DNA of 64,000 nucleotides from the human T2T-CHM13v2.0 reference genome, Homo sapiens. Each line of letters starts with the position of its first letter. Positions within the stretch are counted from its first letter, which is position 1. A program made the translations under genes and the position numbers. The notes under the pieces were generated by a model that saw nothing but the letters and a program-made list of their open reading frames with translations, made no database searches and had not been told where the DNA came from. This document shows positions 1 to 18,797 of this stretch, piece by piece. The stretch lies in NCBI RefSeq assembly GCF_009914755.1, contig NC_060933.1. One strand, given 5' to 3'.

Positions 1-202
1 TCAAGTGATTCTCCTGCCTCAGTCTCCTGAGTAGCTGGGATTACAAGTACCCACCACCACGCCCAGCTAATTTTTGTATTTTTAGTAGAGACGGGGTTTC
101 ACCATGTTGTCCAGGCTGGTCTCGAACTCCTGACCTCAGGTGATCCACCCACCTCAGCCTCCCAAAGTGTTGGGATTACAGGCGTGAACCACCACGCCCA
201 GC
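1..202 (-). mobile_element. Alu (partial, runs off the window)
   Basis: Alu consensus. Confidence 0.95.
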
Positions 203-667
203 CCCGCAGGCCACTTCTTAATAGAAGGGAGTTAGTGCGAAGGCATGAAAGAGGGGCTTTGGCACTTTACTATTTTGAATGTTTTCCACTATTTGGATTT
301 GTTTTTTACAGAAAGCATGTGTTCCTTTGGTGATGTGTTACAGACCAGGCAGCCTTCCTGTTTGGAGGAGAAATTAGTCTCTATGGAAAGTGTCTATCGA
401 GTTACTATTGTACTCAGTCCCATGACAGGCCCTTTGGGAACATGAAACAAGATTTGAAGCAATTCCTACTCTTGAGAATACTTTTCAAGATAGAAAAGTG
501 GGCATAGGGGATTTTCTCTCTCCTTCCTGAATTCAACATGATGATAGAGAATAAATTAGATGTTCAAGTATAAACCTTTCACTACAACAGAAACAACTGT
601 GGTGTAATTTGAAATATATTTGGTCTCTGTCCCCAGTTCTGGCCATAGAGCACCTAAAACCCCTGAA

Positions 668-1048
<381 letters not shown>

Positions 1049-1243
1049 TGAAAAGCAGGCTGCATCTCACAATCAGTTGGTCTCACAGTTGATGTTGGCC
1101 CAGTGGCCTCAAGACTAGTTCCTATGGCCTAGATCTGCATGAAGTTGGACATAGCTGTTCATAAGGCCATCCATTCACCTTATATATACACACATTATGG
1201 AGTGTACAAGTTGAGTTTAATTGCTTTCAAGTGCTTTCTAGAT

Positions 1244-1685
1244 CTGTACCATCCAATATGGTAGCCACTAGCCAAATGTGGTTACTGAGAGCTTGCAGTG
1301 TGAGTAGTCCAAATTGAGATGTGCTGAAGTATGAAAACAGAATGAAAAGTATCTCATTAGGGATTTTCATATCAATTACATAAAGATAATATTTTAGATA
1401 CATTGAGTTAAATAAAATATAGCGTTAAAATTAATTTTGCCTGTATCTTTCACCTTTTCTCTTTTAAAATAATTTTTTTTGTAGAGACAGGGTCTTGCTA
1501 TGTTGCCCAGCTGGTCTCCAACTCTTGGCCTCACATGATCCTCCCACCTCAGTCTCTTATAGTGCTGGGATTACAGATGTGAGCCATTATGTTGGCCTCT
1601 TTCACCTTTTCTAATGTGGCTACCTGGAAGATCACATTAAAATCACATCAGTGACTTGCATTCTATTTCTATTGGACAAGGCTGA
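1244..1685. mobile_element. MER33/MER3-type hAT element interrupted by a FLAM (about 1471-1598)
   Basis: ccaatatggtagccactagcc...attggaca; FLAM flanked by duplicated tctttcaccttttct. Confidence 0.7.
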
Positions 1686-2161
1686 TCTCAAAGATAACAC
1701 TGATTTAGTAGTGGTCATGGTAGGCACTGAATACGGCAGCAGATGTATGATAAAAACCAATGCCTAAATAGATCTAAAAGAGCTCTTCTTCTCTAAAACA
1801 AAGTAGATATAAAATAAAAATTATAAGTGATTACAGAGCATGTCAGAGTTTAAATGGGAGTGTGTTCTTTCTTGGCGAATGAATACTTATGAAGATCTGT
1901 GCACCCCAAACCCAGACGAAGAATATCGGGAACACCACTGAAGCCTTCTGTCTCCATCCTCAGTTCCATCTTTCTCCCTCCCTAATCCCAGGGATAACCA
2001 CCCTCCTGAATTTTGTGTTTAGCATTCTCCTCCTTTTTTATTTCTATTTTTCACATGTGCATGTATCCCTGACAACATACTCTATTGTCATTTCTGCATG
2101 TGTTTGAACCTTACGTAAACAAAAGCATCCTATAGATATCTCCTGCAAACTTACACCTCTC

Positions 2162-2912
<751 letters not shown>

Positions 2913-4623
2913 GCTTCCTATTTTTAGTGTCACCTGGAATGAGGTTTTCTTTTTTACTGGCCCGCAAATCACTCTAATTGACCTATTCAGGGCATCAGCA
3001 CAGAATTCTAATAAATAGAATAGAACTCTAACAAATAAAAAGAAAAGATTTATCACAATTCTCAAAGTAAAAGCATGACTTTAAAAAATGATTGTTTCCT
3101 GTGAGTGAGAGGAGATGCTCACATTCCTGCTTTCCCCTAAAGAATCCTGATGATACTTGGGCACTGGGTCAGTTTGTCAGTTTCCACATCCCACAGCTTT
3201 CTTTCCACCTTATTTCTATTAATTTACAAAACTTCAGCTCTCAGTTATAAGTCTCCTGCAATGACAGCTAGTGTTTGGTGGCCCTGCCAGGTGGCTTACA
3301 ATTTACTCATGTAACAAACATGTCACTGAGTTCTCTACAAAAGCAAACATGATGGGGTGATTTCCCTCTGAAGTCTCCTCTCAGCTGCTGAGCAGTTGAT
3401 CGTCTCAGCTGAGGACAGCTTGGCAAAGAGATAATAAATCCATGCTTGGTTGTATTTGCCTTGGAAAGATGTTTTCAGGTTCTCTTGCAGCATTTGAATG
3501 TAATTTTAAAGGACACTCAATCGCATGCCATTGATTTCTGTCACTGAGGGGTGAAGGAGTTTACTAAGGATTTGGGAAAAGTGAAACCTTCTGCAGTGCA
3601 GCCATTGTACTACAGCTTGGACTTCCTAAGCCAGTCTGACATGGCATCTTCCACATTAATAGTGCAGACTTTTCAGTCCTGACAAGCAGAGCAGGCTATA
3701 TAAAGTCATGATTACTTGGTGAAGACCCTCGGGGCCGCAAGCAGCCAATTAAAGCAGCCAAACTGGACTCGTGGATTAACACATGAAATAATTTTTTTTA
3801 AATCTCATTTGCATTTCAAAAACCTTAACAAGTACTACTTTTCTCTCAACATCTAATTGTCTTGAGCATGAAAACAGGGTATAAAATGTATATGTGTTAT
3901 TTAAAGAATAAAAAGACAAGGAACAAAGACTAAAAATGCACTCACCAATGGGTTAAGAAACAGTATCATGAGACCTCTGGATGGCCGTCTCCAAGTGAAT
4001 CCCTTCCCTCCAACCACAGTCTACCCCACTCTCAGTTCTGTGGACGTCACTGCCTTGTTATTCTCTATAGTTTTGCTATTGATTTACATGTCCCTAACAT
4101 GACAGTATTTACTTTTGAAAACGGAGTAGCAAGCCATGGATGAAAGGGAAAGCAATGTTTCCCAAGCTAGAGGCAGGCTCCCAGGGGACTGTGATCTGCA
4201 CAGAGGCAGGTCCCTGTCTGGTTTCCACTTCCTGCGAGTTCACACGGGTCTCTTTGGGGAAGCCAAAGGGCAAAGTTTTGACTGAGTCTGGGATAACAGC
4301 ACCACTGTCAGGACATCTGGTAGGACTACACAGTGGGCCAGAGATGGCAATTCAGCCAAAATGCAGTCAGGGAACGGGCACTGCTCTACATTTTTTGTAT
4401 TTTCTGTAATTTTTGCTCCCTATGGCCAAGTATCAAACCTCAGGAGTGGATCAAAGCAGAACTCTTTGGGGTACAGTGAATGCTCTCTGTCTTTTTGCTC
4501 TCTCTCTTTTTTCACCAGGCTGCCAGGCTGTCTTTTTCATCTTTTTCTTGTGCACATTCCTCTACTTTATCTTCTAACCTTTCTATTTTGTTTTCATTCA
4601 CTTAGCTTATAAGAGCTGTTTTT

Positions 4624-4931
<308 letters not shown>

Positions 4932-5263
4932 AAGAGCTATTTTTATCCCAAATGTTCCTTTTCATGTGATTCATTCTTGTTTCATGGTGCAAAATTATCT
5001 TCTCTTATCCCTCAAAGATACACTGATTGTTCTTTTGAAGTTTTCTTCTGCCAACATAGTCTCTCTTTTTTGTCCCTGTTTGTTTTGGCCCCTACCTTCC
5101 ATTATAGAGGCAGTCCTCTGACGGTCTGGGGATCATTGGTCATCTGCTCAGTAAGAGTGAAGTGCTCAAAAGCTGGCAGGAGGCTCTGCACGCATTGGTG
5201 GGACTCACGGACTTTGGGTGAACCCTTTGTGGGAGGGTCCCTTGATGTGATGAGTATGTTTAG

Positions 5264-5731
<468 letters not shown>

Positions 5732-6695
5732 TGAGTTTTCTAAAGTGAGACCATTTGTACACAAAGGGTCTCATTTTTAGAGAATGTTGAATGCTGAGTT
5801 GGGGGCCTTGCATCTAGCACTTACACATTCACACAACTCCTTGTTTGTCTGTGGGTTTATTTATTGTTTTTTGGTATGATATTTACACCCCCTGCTGGGC
5901 CTGGCACTCCCCCAGTTGGGTGACCTGAACCTGTTTTAGTTTCTCTGTAGAAAAAAAAACCTTTAGATTTCCACCAGGTGGAAGCAGGGGCATTTACCCA
6001 GAGTCATGAAATGTGGGCAGGCACTAGGTCAACCTTCTCATCAAGGACCTTCTCTTAGCCCACCTTCCCCATCACCCCAGTTCCAGTGGCTCCTCGTGTT
6101 GCCTGTAGCACAGTTGTTGGAAGATTCTGAGGTGTAATCTCATCTGGTTCTCAGCTTTCTCAAGTCTGCCACGCCAGCAACGTCACAGCCATCTGCCTGC
6201 CAGCTTCCAAAATGTTATTGCTGTTAGCATCTTTATTTTATGTGATGTCTTTAAAAGCAAATTCTGGTGTCGAAGTTTGGTCCAGGTTTCAGTAAGTATA
6301 AAATTATTTACAGATTTCAATCCATCATCTTAACTTACAAATTCATTAGCCTCATTCTTTACTCCTTTCTGTCTATGGCAGGATGAAAATGCAGGGTCCA
6401 CATTTGATTGTGTGTTCAGTTTTCACAGTGTCTTCTAAAACTAAATTACAACCAAGAAAGGCCTCCCTGGGAGTAAGACAGAGTGTGGACAGCCATTCAG
6501 AGACTGTTCCTTTCTTTTTAGAGCAGGAGTCTTCCTTCCTGTTCCCTTCCAGATGTTCCTTTGGTAGGAGAATCTGGGCATCTGTTTAAGCCTACAAACC
6601 ATCTCCCACAGTAACTGGTGACAAAGAGAACAAAGCATTGTTGTGTCTTTCTTCTTCATGTATATATACAATACGTATCAAAAGCAGTAAACTAG

Positions 6696-7705
<1,010 letters not shown>

Positions 7706-9139
7706 AGTACCATATTTATACAATAAGATCTTTGATAAAGCTGTTTGGCCAATAGCTCATTGTATTTTTCTCTAAGAACATACATGATTAACTCTGTAGC
7801 CGGGTTTATGATTCTTTACAATAATGTAATATACATCCGTTTGTATTTCAATAAGTAAGACATTTGAATAATGTGTTGGACATTTTTGTCTTTATTTTAT
7901 TTAGCAATGAAATCAGTTTTGTCCTAGAAGGTAATTCTTTGTTGTTTTTTTACGGAGAAACTCTACTGGTTTATTAGAATGCTACTGTGTTTGTTTATTT
8001 AATCAATCAGAAGTTTCAGTGGTAACGTAGGAACAAAGGGAAAGCTTCTCCTTTACCCTCAGAATGGTAGTTGAAAACGAATTGTGAAAAAGGCATACAA
8101 ATTTTTAATCTTCCTTTTTTATTAAAAGACAGAGTCTTGCTATTTTGCCCAGGGTGGAGTGAAGTGGCTATTCACAGATGCAGTCATAGCTCATAGCAGC
8201 CTCAAACTCCTGGGCTCAGGCAATCCTCCTGCCTCGCCCTACCAAATAGTTGAGACTACAGGTGTGAGCCACTGCAGCTGGCCAAATGTTTAACAATAAT
8301 TGTTTTTTAGAACATGTTTACTTAGAAAAGTTTTCTCAAACCTTTTTGGTAATAAAAACTCCTAGAGTTTTGCTAAGCTAAATTAAATAATGGATATTCA
8401 TTAACTATCTAGATGATATCCAAATATGATATAATGCCAAGACATTAATGATTAAATATGAGTTTAATCTCCTATACTTTTGGCTTCCTATTTTAGAGAA
8501 ATAAAACTTATTTAGATCTGTTAGTAAATATGTCCTGTTTCACACTGAAAAACTTTCGTTAGAGTCTATGTTTCTAAAAATAATAAAATGTGTATCATAA
8601 ATTGTTAGTATGTGACTAACAGTTAAAATTGCTTACTTTCTAGGTTTTTCACTGAAAATTAGGGTTTCTAAGAGTTAACTTTGTAATTAATATATATATA
8701 AACTAAAACCACCAAGTATAAGATAAACAATTTTGTATGCAAAGTGTAATAAGAAAAGTAGAATGTGGTTTTGGGAAAAAATTATACAACATCATGAGAA
8801 TATGGTTTTTGTTATAGGGAATATAATTTTGTCAGTTTAGAGGTTTTGAAAGTTTTTTTTAATTAAAGGAATAAAAAATAGATAAACCTAAATGGAAATA
8901 AAAAATTGGAGAAAGAAAGAATAAAAAAATTGTAAGAGGTTATAAAAGGTTTATGGAAACCTTATCGCGTGTGGTCAAAACTGATTATAATTGAATGGAT
9001 CCGTTTATCAGGTTTTATTAGTTTTAGCATTAATAATACACTGATGCAAAGGTAAAATTCGTTTTCCTCTTTTAAACAAGATTTCCAGGTAGCATTAACA
9101 AGAGATAGTAAAAGGTTTTTCTTTAGCTTTAGGTAAACT

Positions 9140-9170
<31 letters not shown>

Positions 9171-9200
9171 AGAGAGAGAGGAGAGGGGGAGAAGAGAGAA
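9140..9200. repeat. (CA)n-(GA)n compound microsatellite
   Basis: About 14 CA units followed by a GA tract. Confidence 0.95.
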
Positions 9201-9251
9201 GACGAGACAGATTCTTAGATTCTGTTGGTCTCATGCTGTCGTTATTTGGTC

Positions 9252-9557
9252 TTTTTTGTTTTGTTTTGTTTTGTTTTGAGATGGAGTCTCACTCTGTTGC
9301 CCAGGCTGTGGTGCAGTGGCACCACCTTGGCTCACTGCAACCTCTGCCTCCTGGGTTCAAGTGATCCTCCTGCCTTAGCTTTCCAAGTAGCTGGGATTAC
9401 AAGTGTGTGCCACCACAACCAGCTAATTTTTGTATTTTTGGTAGAGATGGGGTTTCACCACGTTGGCCAGCTGGTCTCAAACTCCTGACCTCAAATGATC
9501 TGCCTGCCTCAGCCTCCCAAATTGCTGGGATTACAAGTGTGAGCCCCCACACCTGGC
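9252..9557 (-). mobile_element. AluS
   Basis: Dimer with (TTTTG)n tail. Confidence 0.93.
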
Positions 9558-11034
9558 CCTTTATTTGGCTTTTGATTGTTTGGAAAACTGAGTCTCCTCT
9601 CCACCAAAAAGTAAAGATTTTTGCTTTTTGAAATCTTTAAATTATCACTTTGGCTAGACAAATGACTTATTTTACAGTGACCTGTTATCCTATTCTGATC
9701 AAGTGTTTTAAACCTTTGATATTTGATAAACTTCCCTAAAACAAATTTTAAATTCTAAATTCAATCTTCTTGACCTCAAATGAACTTTTTTACTATTGGG
9801 GCCCCTGGAAGTCCAGGATTGATATATTAGGCTTAATTGTTGTGTTAAAATCATTCAGGAAGCATTATCAAATAAGAAATGGTGTTTAACATTTTTTAGT
9901 TATATTTGTATAAATGTGTTGTTACTAGTATTTGTCCCCAAATTGTATGAGATGCCTAAAATTCAGATATGTGTTGGTAAGTACTCTTGAGCACAGGTTC
10001 CTGATAACTTTAGAGATCCTACCACTGGATTCAGTAAAAACTTCCAGAATTATAAATACAAATCTTACAGATTCATGAAGATTGCTAACCCAACATCAAG
10101 CAAAATAAAAGTTAATTACCTGGAGCTGAACTGATAGAGAACTGAAATGCTTTTCTATGACTTTTTGTTTGAAACATTGCTGATGCTTTTTAGGTTTTGT
10201 TTTCCAGAGTTAAGAAAACTTTTTTTTTTTAAGCTATTGGGTAAAGTACACTTTTGTGAGAAAAACTGAAACATTTACCTTTCTCACCACCTGATTTCTT
10301 CAAAATTTGGAAACTATTTGTGAGTATTCTTAATTTATGGCATTACAGTTATTTGCAAAAATTCAATAAGAACCCGTTTTCTTTTGTAATGGACATAATT
10401 GAATACACTGGTTATTTTACCAAGACTTTGACTGGAATGACATAATTTTGGATATGAGCAGACTGCTTTGAGGAATCATGGTTGACTTTATGCAGCTGAT
10501 AAAAAGCCCTTTGGAAAGACTGGCCTGGTATCTTGTCTACAGTTTCTTTACAAGGTTCCTGAACTTGCAATAAGTAAAGAATGTTACTTTCTGACAGGTC
10601 CAAGAAACTCAAGATATTTTGGGGACTTCTAGAAGAGAGGAATTAACCCAAATCATACAGGTATTACAGGCACAGTTTGATGGTGAATCATTGGCTAGGG
10701 TTCCTAGTTTCAAGAGGCTTTTAAAAGCCTAATTTGAAATTCTTTATGAAAAAGCCCCAGAAAAGCCAACTTTAAAAGAGCCCATATAACCAACCAACCA
10801 ATCATTATTCTTGCTACACTTTTTTGTTTATTAAAGACATGGGATCCTGCTCTGTGTCACTCTGCCTGGAGTGCAGTGGCACGATCATGGCTCACTAAAG
10901 CCTTAAAGTCTTGCGCTCAAGAGATCTTCCCACTTCAGCCTCTCAAGTAATTGGAATTATAGTACCAAGCCACAGTGCCCAGCTCTTGCTTCACTTTATG
11001 CAATAAGTCAGCAAGTATAATAAGACTACAATTT

Positions 11035-11366
<332 letters not shown>

Positions 11367-11965
11367 CTACTATATTTTAACCTTGGTAGAAATGGGGAAC
11401 TGCAGAGAGAAAAATTATGTTTCAGAAGAAAACTGTAGTACACTTGTTAGATTCTTACCTTGTCCATTGTTTTTGCGTTTTTATTATTTGCCTCCGGTTT
11501 GGACTGAATGCTGAATTCTTTGCTGGCAACAAGTCTCCAAAGTAATATTTTCAGATTTGCATCTCATTTTGCTGACTTGGAATTATTAGAAATTAAAACT
11601 CTGCTCTTTATTAGAGCTCTGCAAACTGATGCTAAACAATCTGGTATAAACTTTGAGAAAAATCACCACAGCAACTTATATAAAAACAGTCTTCATGTCT
11701 GCTGCTGTGTAAACTACTCAGAAAGTTTGCTTGAACACCTGATTTGAACTATAAACCAGAAAAATCTGTCAGATTGCTACTGCAATCTGATGATACTTCA
11801 GAAACTCTAGAACAGCTAGTTTATAGATAGACCACTTCAGACATTACTCTGTTTTTCTTCTGTTTCCATAGAAATGCCTCTTATTAAAGATCTGTTTACC
11901 TGCATTGTATAGAGAGGCCTAGCCCATCTGCAATGCCATCTTCTGGAATGGGAGAAAATGGTTTA

Positions 11966-12328
<363 letters not shown>

Positions 12329-12490
12329 TCAAGAATATATGGACAATATATTTAAATTTGCTCTTTTTTGCTTGTCCCAAATTTTTCCCACTCCTTTGCC
12401 TATCTCTATCTAACTTCTAACCCAAATCTCTCCAAAGCCATCAACATGGCTTTTAATATGTGAAAGTTTTTTAAAGTTTCAAAGTAGGAC

Positions 12491-13075
12491 TGACAGAAAT
12501 AAAAATATTTTACCCCCAAAATATCCTTCTTTGATACATTTTGAGGTGTCTGTTCAGAGAGCCAGCAAACAGAAGTAGCCCTGCAAAGTTGTCTTTCGTG
12601 GGGAGATTTGCATCGTACAGAATCTGCCTTGATGCAGCCTGGCTTCTTCTGAGCCTTCCCTTGTTTGATGTAGGAAAGATTAACTGAGAGTTTGACACCT
12701 TTGAAGGTGGGAAACATTTACCATGTATTCTTTCTGAAGGCTGCTACCTGTGAGGTTTCATCTACATAGCAAGACCACCTTTGCTAGCCAGGCCTCCTCT
12801 TCTCTCCCTGCCATAACCTGTCATGCACCATAACCTGATTTACCACCATAACTTGTTTTGGGCCATTCTCTGAGCTCCCATTCTCTTCGTAACCTCAAGA
12901 TGGTATGTAAGCTTCTGTACCCCACTGGGCGTTTGGAGCAATCATTCTGTGGTTCTTTCCTATGTGCACATAAATAAATTCGTATGCCTTTTCTCCAGTG
13001 AATCTGCCTTTTGCGAGTTATTTTTTTCAGCAAACCTTCAGAGGGCAAAAAGGACATTTTTCCCTTGGCTCCTAC
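12491..13075 (+). mobile_element. MER34-type 3' LTR
   Basis: tgacagaaataaaaatattttacccccaaaatat...gagatttgcatc...aataaa...cttggctcctaca (TG...CA ends). Confidence 0.7.
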
Positions 13076-13195
13076 AGGGGTGTTGTTTTCTGAGCCATAA
13101 TAAGCTCATCTGGCCAGGTCTTATATTTTGCTCAGGGGACTTGGGGAAGGAGAACTTTGATTTAATCTAACACGTTTTTCAGATGTTCATTGTGG

Positions 13196-13522
13196 CACTT
13201 CTTACTCACTTTCACTTATCAGCTGCCTCTGTAAGATCATCACACCTGCAGCTTTGCTTGACGCAGTGAGTCCTGGTTGTGATTCTACAGCATTCTGGAA
13301 TCATGAGCACAATGTGCATTCACAGATGATTCTGATGCGTGAAATATCCACTACTGTCTTCTCACTTCTTACTTTCACTCTTCAGCTGCTTATGTAAGAT
13401 CATCATACCTGCAGATTTGCTTGACTCAGTGAGTCCTGGTTGCCATCCTACATCATTCTGGAATCGTGAGCACTATGTGCGTTCACAGATGATTCTGATG
13501 TGTGGAATATCCACTACTGTCT
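13196..13522 (+). repeat. Two-copy tandem duplication, about 165-bp unit
   Basis: cacttcttact...gatgattctgatg...atatccactactgtct occurs at 13196-13359 and 13363-13522. Confidence 0.9.
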
Positions 13523-13824
13523 CCATCATTATTTTAGGTTTCAATGAATACCTTCGAGCCACTGATTCAATCTAATATAACCCAATAGCAATGATAAAGA
13601 TTGCAGACTTACTAAACAGAAATAAGCAAATGTTGTGAAAAATATATTAACCAGAATGAACTGTATCCTGCTAATTGAATGTTATTTAAGAACATTTGAT
13701 TAATGTCATCTTCGTGGAAAATGCTCAACATTTAAATACGCAGGAGCTATTAGGAACAAAATGAGATTTCTGGGAAATCATTACTATGTTATTTTCAATT
13801 TATGAAGTGTGACTACAACTGTTT

Positions 13825-14458
13825 CATTTGGGAAAGGAAAGTAGCTCAGAGCAGTCGGAAGAATCTGAGGAATGCAAAATTTATCAGAGAGACAGGAGAG
13901 TCTCATTAACCCTATGCCCAGGGTTAATTGTTTAAAGGCATTTTGTATTTTTCTTCTATTGCCTATAGTTTCCAGACCAGCTGATAAATTACCTAAAATG
14001 CTATGAGTTGCACAATGTGACCCTCACCCATATCTTCATTTTTCTGGAATTTGTGATACAAAGAACAGCGCATAGCCAGTCAATAGCTTATACTATTTTG
14101 AGTGAGTCACTGTGGCATGCACCTGTAATCCCAGCTACACGGGAGGCTGAGGTGAGAGATCACTTGAGTACAGGAGTTCAAGACCAGCCTGGGCAACACA
14201 GGGGGAAACCTTGTCTCAACAAGAAGAAGAAGAAAAAAAGAAGCTTACGGTATTTTAATGAACCAATGTAAATACTTGGTAAACAACTTTAGAACTACCT
14301 CTTCTTTTTTCCCTTTAAAAACCCACTTATAATTGCCGATTGGAGCATATATTCTGGGCAACTTGAATCAATGTCCCCAGGGTTGCAGTCCTCAAACTTG
14401 GCTCAAATAAGCTCTCTACTTATATTAATTTTGCCTTGGCTTCTTCCTTTAGGCCAAC
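13825..14458 (+). mobile_element. ERV1-class solo LTR with nested Alu monomer fragment (about 14110-14242)
   Basis: agctcagagcagtc...atgcaaaatttatcag start; ctcaaacttggctcaaataa...aaca end. Confidence 0.55.
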
Positions 14459-15285
14459 AGATTGCCTTTTCTTCTGAAACCCCAAAGCACCTGTGGCTCA
14501 CTGCAGCGATTACTGGGTTCCATGCTTTGGGAATGCTAGTCTAAGTGAGAAGACTCCTTGGGGAGGAGATGGGAGCCCATAGGAACCTGAAGATTCCCCT
14601 GCAGAACAGCAGGCCTTTTAAGCTCCTCCCTCCTGGCTTTCACTTGTAATCAGTTGGAGGCTCCATCAAGCCAAACAAGACATCTGCCCCTTTTTCAGTT
14701 CTCTCAGCTGTCACTTTTCATCTAGACTTCATTAGCTCCTGCCTGGTCTTTCCCCAAAATGCCTAATGGACTTTCCTGGCTGATTTCCTTGATCCCTTAC
14801 CCTTGAGTCTGGCTGTCTTCCCAGGGGAGCCGCTTGTCTGACATGGCAGCTGGCACAGAGTAGGCACTCAGTAATTTTAGGCCTTCTGCTTTAGTTGTCA
14901 GAGGGTGAATTGACAACACGATTGATTGACAGGGAATGCAATTTACTACTGCTGATATAACAACCAGAACTGAAAATATGACAATCAGACTTAGCTCCTC
15001 AGAGAGGGGAAAAGTCTGTGGTCTTGGCCAGGAACAGATCAGTTGAGTGGATTTATATACCAACACAATGGATGACAAAGGTGACAGTGTCCTGTCACGA
15101 TGGCTTCAGGGAATGAGCGGTGTGGGCAGCTCAAACAACCCATCTGGGGCTAACGTGGAGGGGGAGAGAGCTCATCAATCTTGAGCAGATATTAGATGCG
15201 GAGGCCAGATTGCTTTCTTGTGTGGGTTTTATAGCTGTGCACATTCAACTATTAAGGACAACCTTTATTACTAAAATTTTTGTAG

Positions 15286-15870
<585 letters not shown>

Positions 15871-16774
15871 GGAAATAATTGCTTTTAAAACGCAATATTT
15901 GAAAACCTGAATTTTCTTGGGTAAGCAACTATTATATTGCTAATTTAACGAAACTTTTTTAAAAAATATTAATATACTTAAATTTTAGAGCAATTTTAGA
16001 ATTGGTTAGAAAGTACAATGTTCCCACAACCCCCCTTCTCTGCACCATACACACAGCTTCCCCCTTTTTTTTTTACTACTTATGTTTGTGTGGTACGTTT
16101 GTTATACTTGATGAGCCGGTATCAATGCATGGTTACTAACTAAAGCCCATACTTCACAGTTTACATTACGGTCCATTCTTGGTGTTGTGCATTCTATGAG
16201 ATTTCACAATGTGCAATTACATATATCCACTTTGATAGTATCATACAGAGCAGTGTTTTTTTTTTTTTCTTTGAGATAGGCTCTCATTCTGTCACCCCAG
16301 CTGGAGTGCAGTGGCGTGAACACAGGTCACTGCAGCCTCAACCTCCCAGGCTCAGGTGATCCTCCCATCAGCCTCCCAAGTGGCAGAGGAAAAACAAAGG
16401 ACACTGGGTGTGAGGGAGAGGTGCAAGGTCAGGACCAAGCATCCATGGGAACACAGGGGAGGATGAAGGCACTGAGGTTGGGGAGAGAGAGCAGAGCTAT
16501 CAGTGTTGAAGGCCGGAAAGGATGAGGGAGTCTGCAGGCTCGGCCCGATCAACTGGTTCCAGCTTCTGTGACCTGCCTGGAGGAAGATGAAACAGGCTCC
16601 TCATCCTTATTGGTAAAGATAAACCCAAATCCCATCTCACCTCCCAGCTCTGGTCTTCCCACCTTAGCCACTGCCCACCTCACTCCATCTCTCCTTGCCA
16701 AGCCTAGACTGGCTTAGTTTTCACTGCTCTGTGGTCTCACAGTGCCCCGTGGCTATGGCTGTAGATGAACTTAC

Positions 16775-16860
16775 CACTTGTTTTACAGTTGTCTCTCCAC
16801 GTGGTCGTATCTGTCTTGAGTCTCTGCACTCCCAGGGCAGAGGCTGGGTCTCATTCATCC
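16775..16860 (-). other. C9orf153: Probable non-coding first exon of C9orf153 (5' end uncertain)
   Basis: Consensus donor GTG/GTAAGT at 16774-16769 about 5 kb downstream of ISCA1; the identity rests on recalled gene order, and no coding sequence is visible in the window. Confidence 0.45.
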
Positions 16861-17079
16861 AGCAGCCCCAAGGCCCAGCCCCACTCCTAGCATGTGTCAT
16901 TGCTTAGTGTTAAGTGACTGTCCATTGTGACATGTGGACATTCTCAAGGTCACATAAGCAGCTATATGATGCTAAGCGATGGGGAATTATCTTGCTGCTT
17001 GGTGGGGGGTGGGAGATGGTGGAGGATGATGGAAAAGCATTTTTAAAGAGTGAACATTGAGTAGCTGAGTAGCTACTTT

Positions 17080-17355
<276 letters not shown>

Positions 17356-17984
17356 TAATCAGTCAAGTTTTTCCTTCTATAGACATGGGCAAAGTGCAAA
17401 TAAGAAATTGAGAGAGATAATAGAAGGTACAGCTATGCTCTTTGCACCTGGCCAGATATGGGTAGAAGTGGACCAGGGGCTACCTGGCTGTGCAAATTCT
17501 CTCCATGAGCCATGCAGCCGTGCTCCAGACTCCATTCCCCACCCATGGGAGGTCCCTGTGGCAATCACTGAAAATTTTCCTGAAACAGCCATTTCCCCAG
17601 AATGCAATCTACTGGGCATTTAAATAGTCTGATTGAGTTAATAACTTGTGAACACCGTGGCAACATATCCATAACATGAAGCTTACCGTGTTAAGCCGTT
17701 TTAGGTACACAGTTCTGTGGCATTCAGTACATTCACATTGTTGTGCCACCTGCACTGCCTTCCATCTCCAGAGCTTTTTCATCTTTTCCACCTGAATCTG
17801 TGTCCATGAAATAAATTTCTCACCCCCTGTCCCCTGTCAATGGACACCTGGGTTGTTCCTACCTTTTGGCTATTGTGAATAATGCTGTTATGAACATGGA
17901 TATACAAGAAAGTTAATAATTTTAAGCAGAATTTAATAAATACAGAAGATTCTTCCAATGAGAAAATATTTCAAAAGCCTGCCA

Positions 17985-18450
17985 TTCAAAGGTGTTCTGC
18001 AGAGCAACAGCACTGGCTTCACTTGGGCCTTTGCTACTAATGCAGAATCTCAGGCTCTGCCCTGGACCTTTGTTACAGAATCTGCTTTTTTTTTTTTTTT
18101 GAGACAGTTTTGCTCTGTCACCCAGGCTGGAATGCAGTGGTGCCATCTCATGTCACTGCAACCTCCCCACCTCCCAGGTTCAAGTGATTCTCCTGCCTCA
18201 GCCTCCTGAGTAGCTGGGACTAGAGGCGCCCACCACTATGTCTGGCTAATTTTTGTGTATTTTTAGTAGAGATGGGGTTTCACCATGTTGGCCAGGCTGG
18301 TCTCGAACTCCTGACCTCAAGTGATCCACTCGCCTCAGCCTCCCAAAGTGCTGGATTACAGGCGTGAGCTACCTACTGCGCCCGGCCAAGAATCTGCTTT
18401 TTAACAAGACCCCCAGGTGACTTATTTGCACCTTAAAGTTTGAGGACTGC
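17985..18450 (+). mobile_element. MER5A-type element interrupted by Alu (18086-18387, minus)
   Basis: aatgcagaatctcagg...agaatctgcttttt (duplicated as TSD)...ttaacaagacccccaggtga...aaagtttgag. Confidence 0.75.
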
Positions 18451-18494
18451 TTCAAGACATAGAATCCATGGAGAACAAAAAATGAGTACTTTAT

Positions 18495-18797
18495 TTTTTA
18501 TTCTTTTTTTTTTTGAGACAGGGTCTTGCTCTGTCATCCAGGCTGGAGTGCAGTAGTACGATCTTGGCTCACTGCAACCTCTACCTCCTGGGCTAAAGTG
18601 ATCCTCTCACCTTGGTCTCCTGAGTAACGGGGACTACAGGCATGTACCACCATGACCAGCTAATTTTTGTATTTTTTGTAGAGACGGCGTTTTGCCACGT
18701 TGCCCAGGCTGGTCTTGAACTCCTGGGATCAGGTGATCTGCCCACTTTTGCCTCCCAAAGTGCTGGGATTACAGGCTTGAGCCAACACACCTGGCCC
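18495..18797 (-). mobile_element. AluJ/S
   Basis: Full dimer. Confidence 0.93.
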
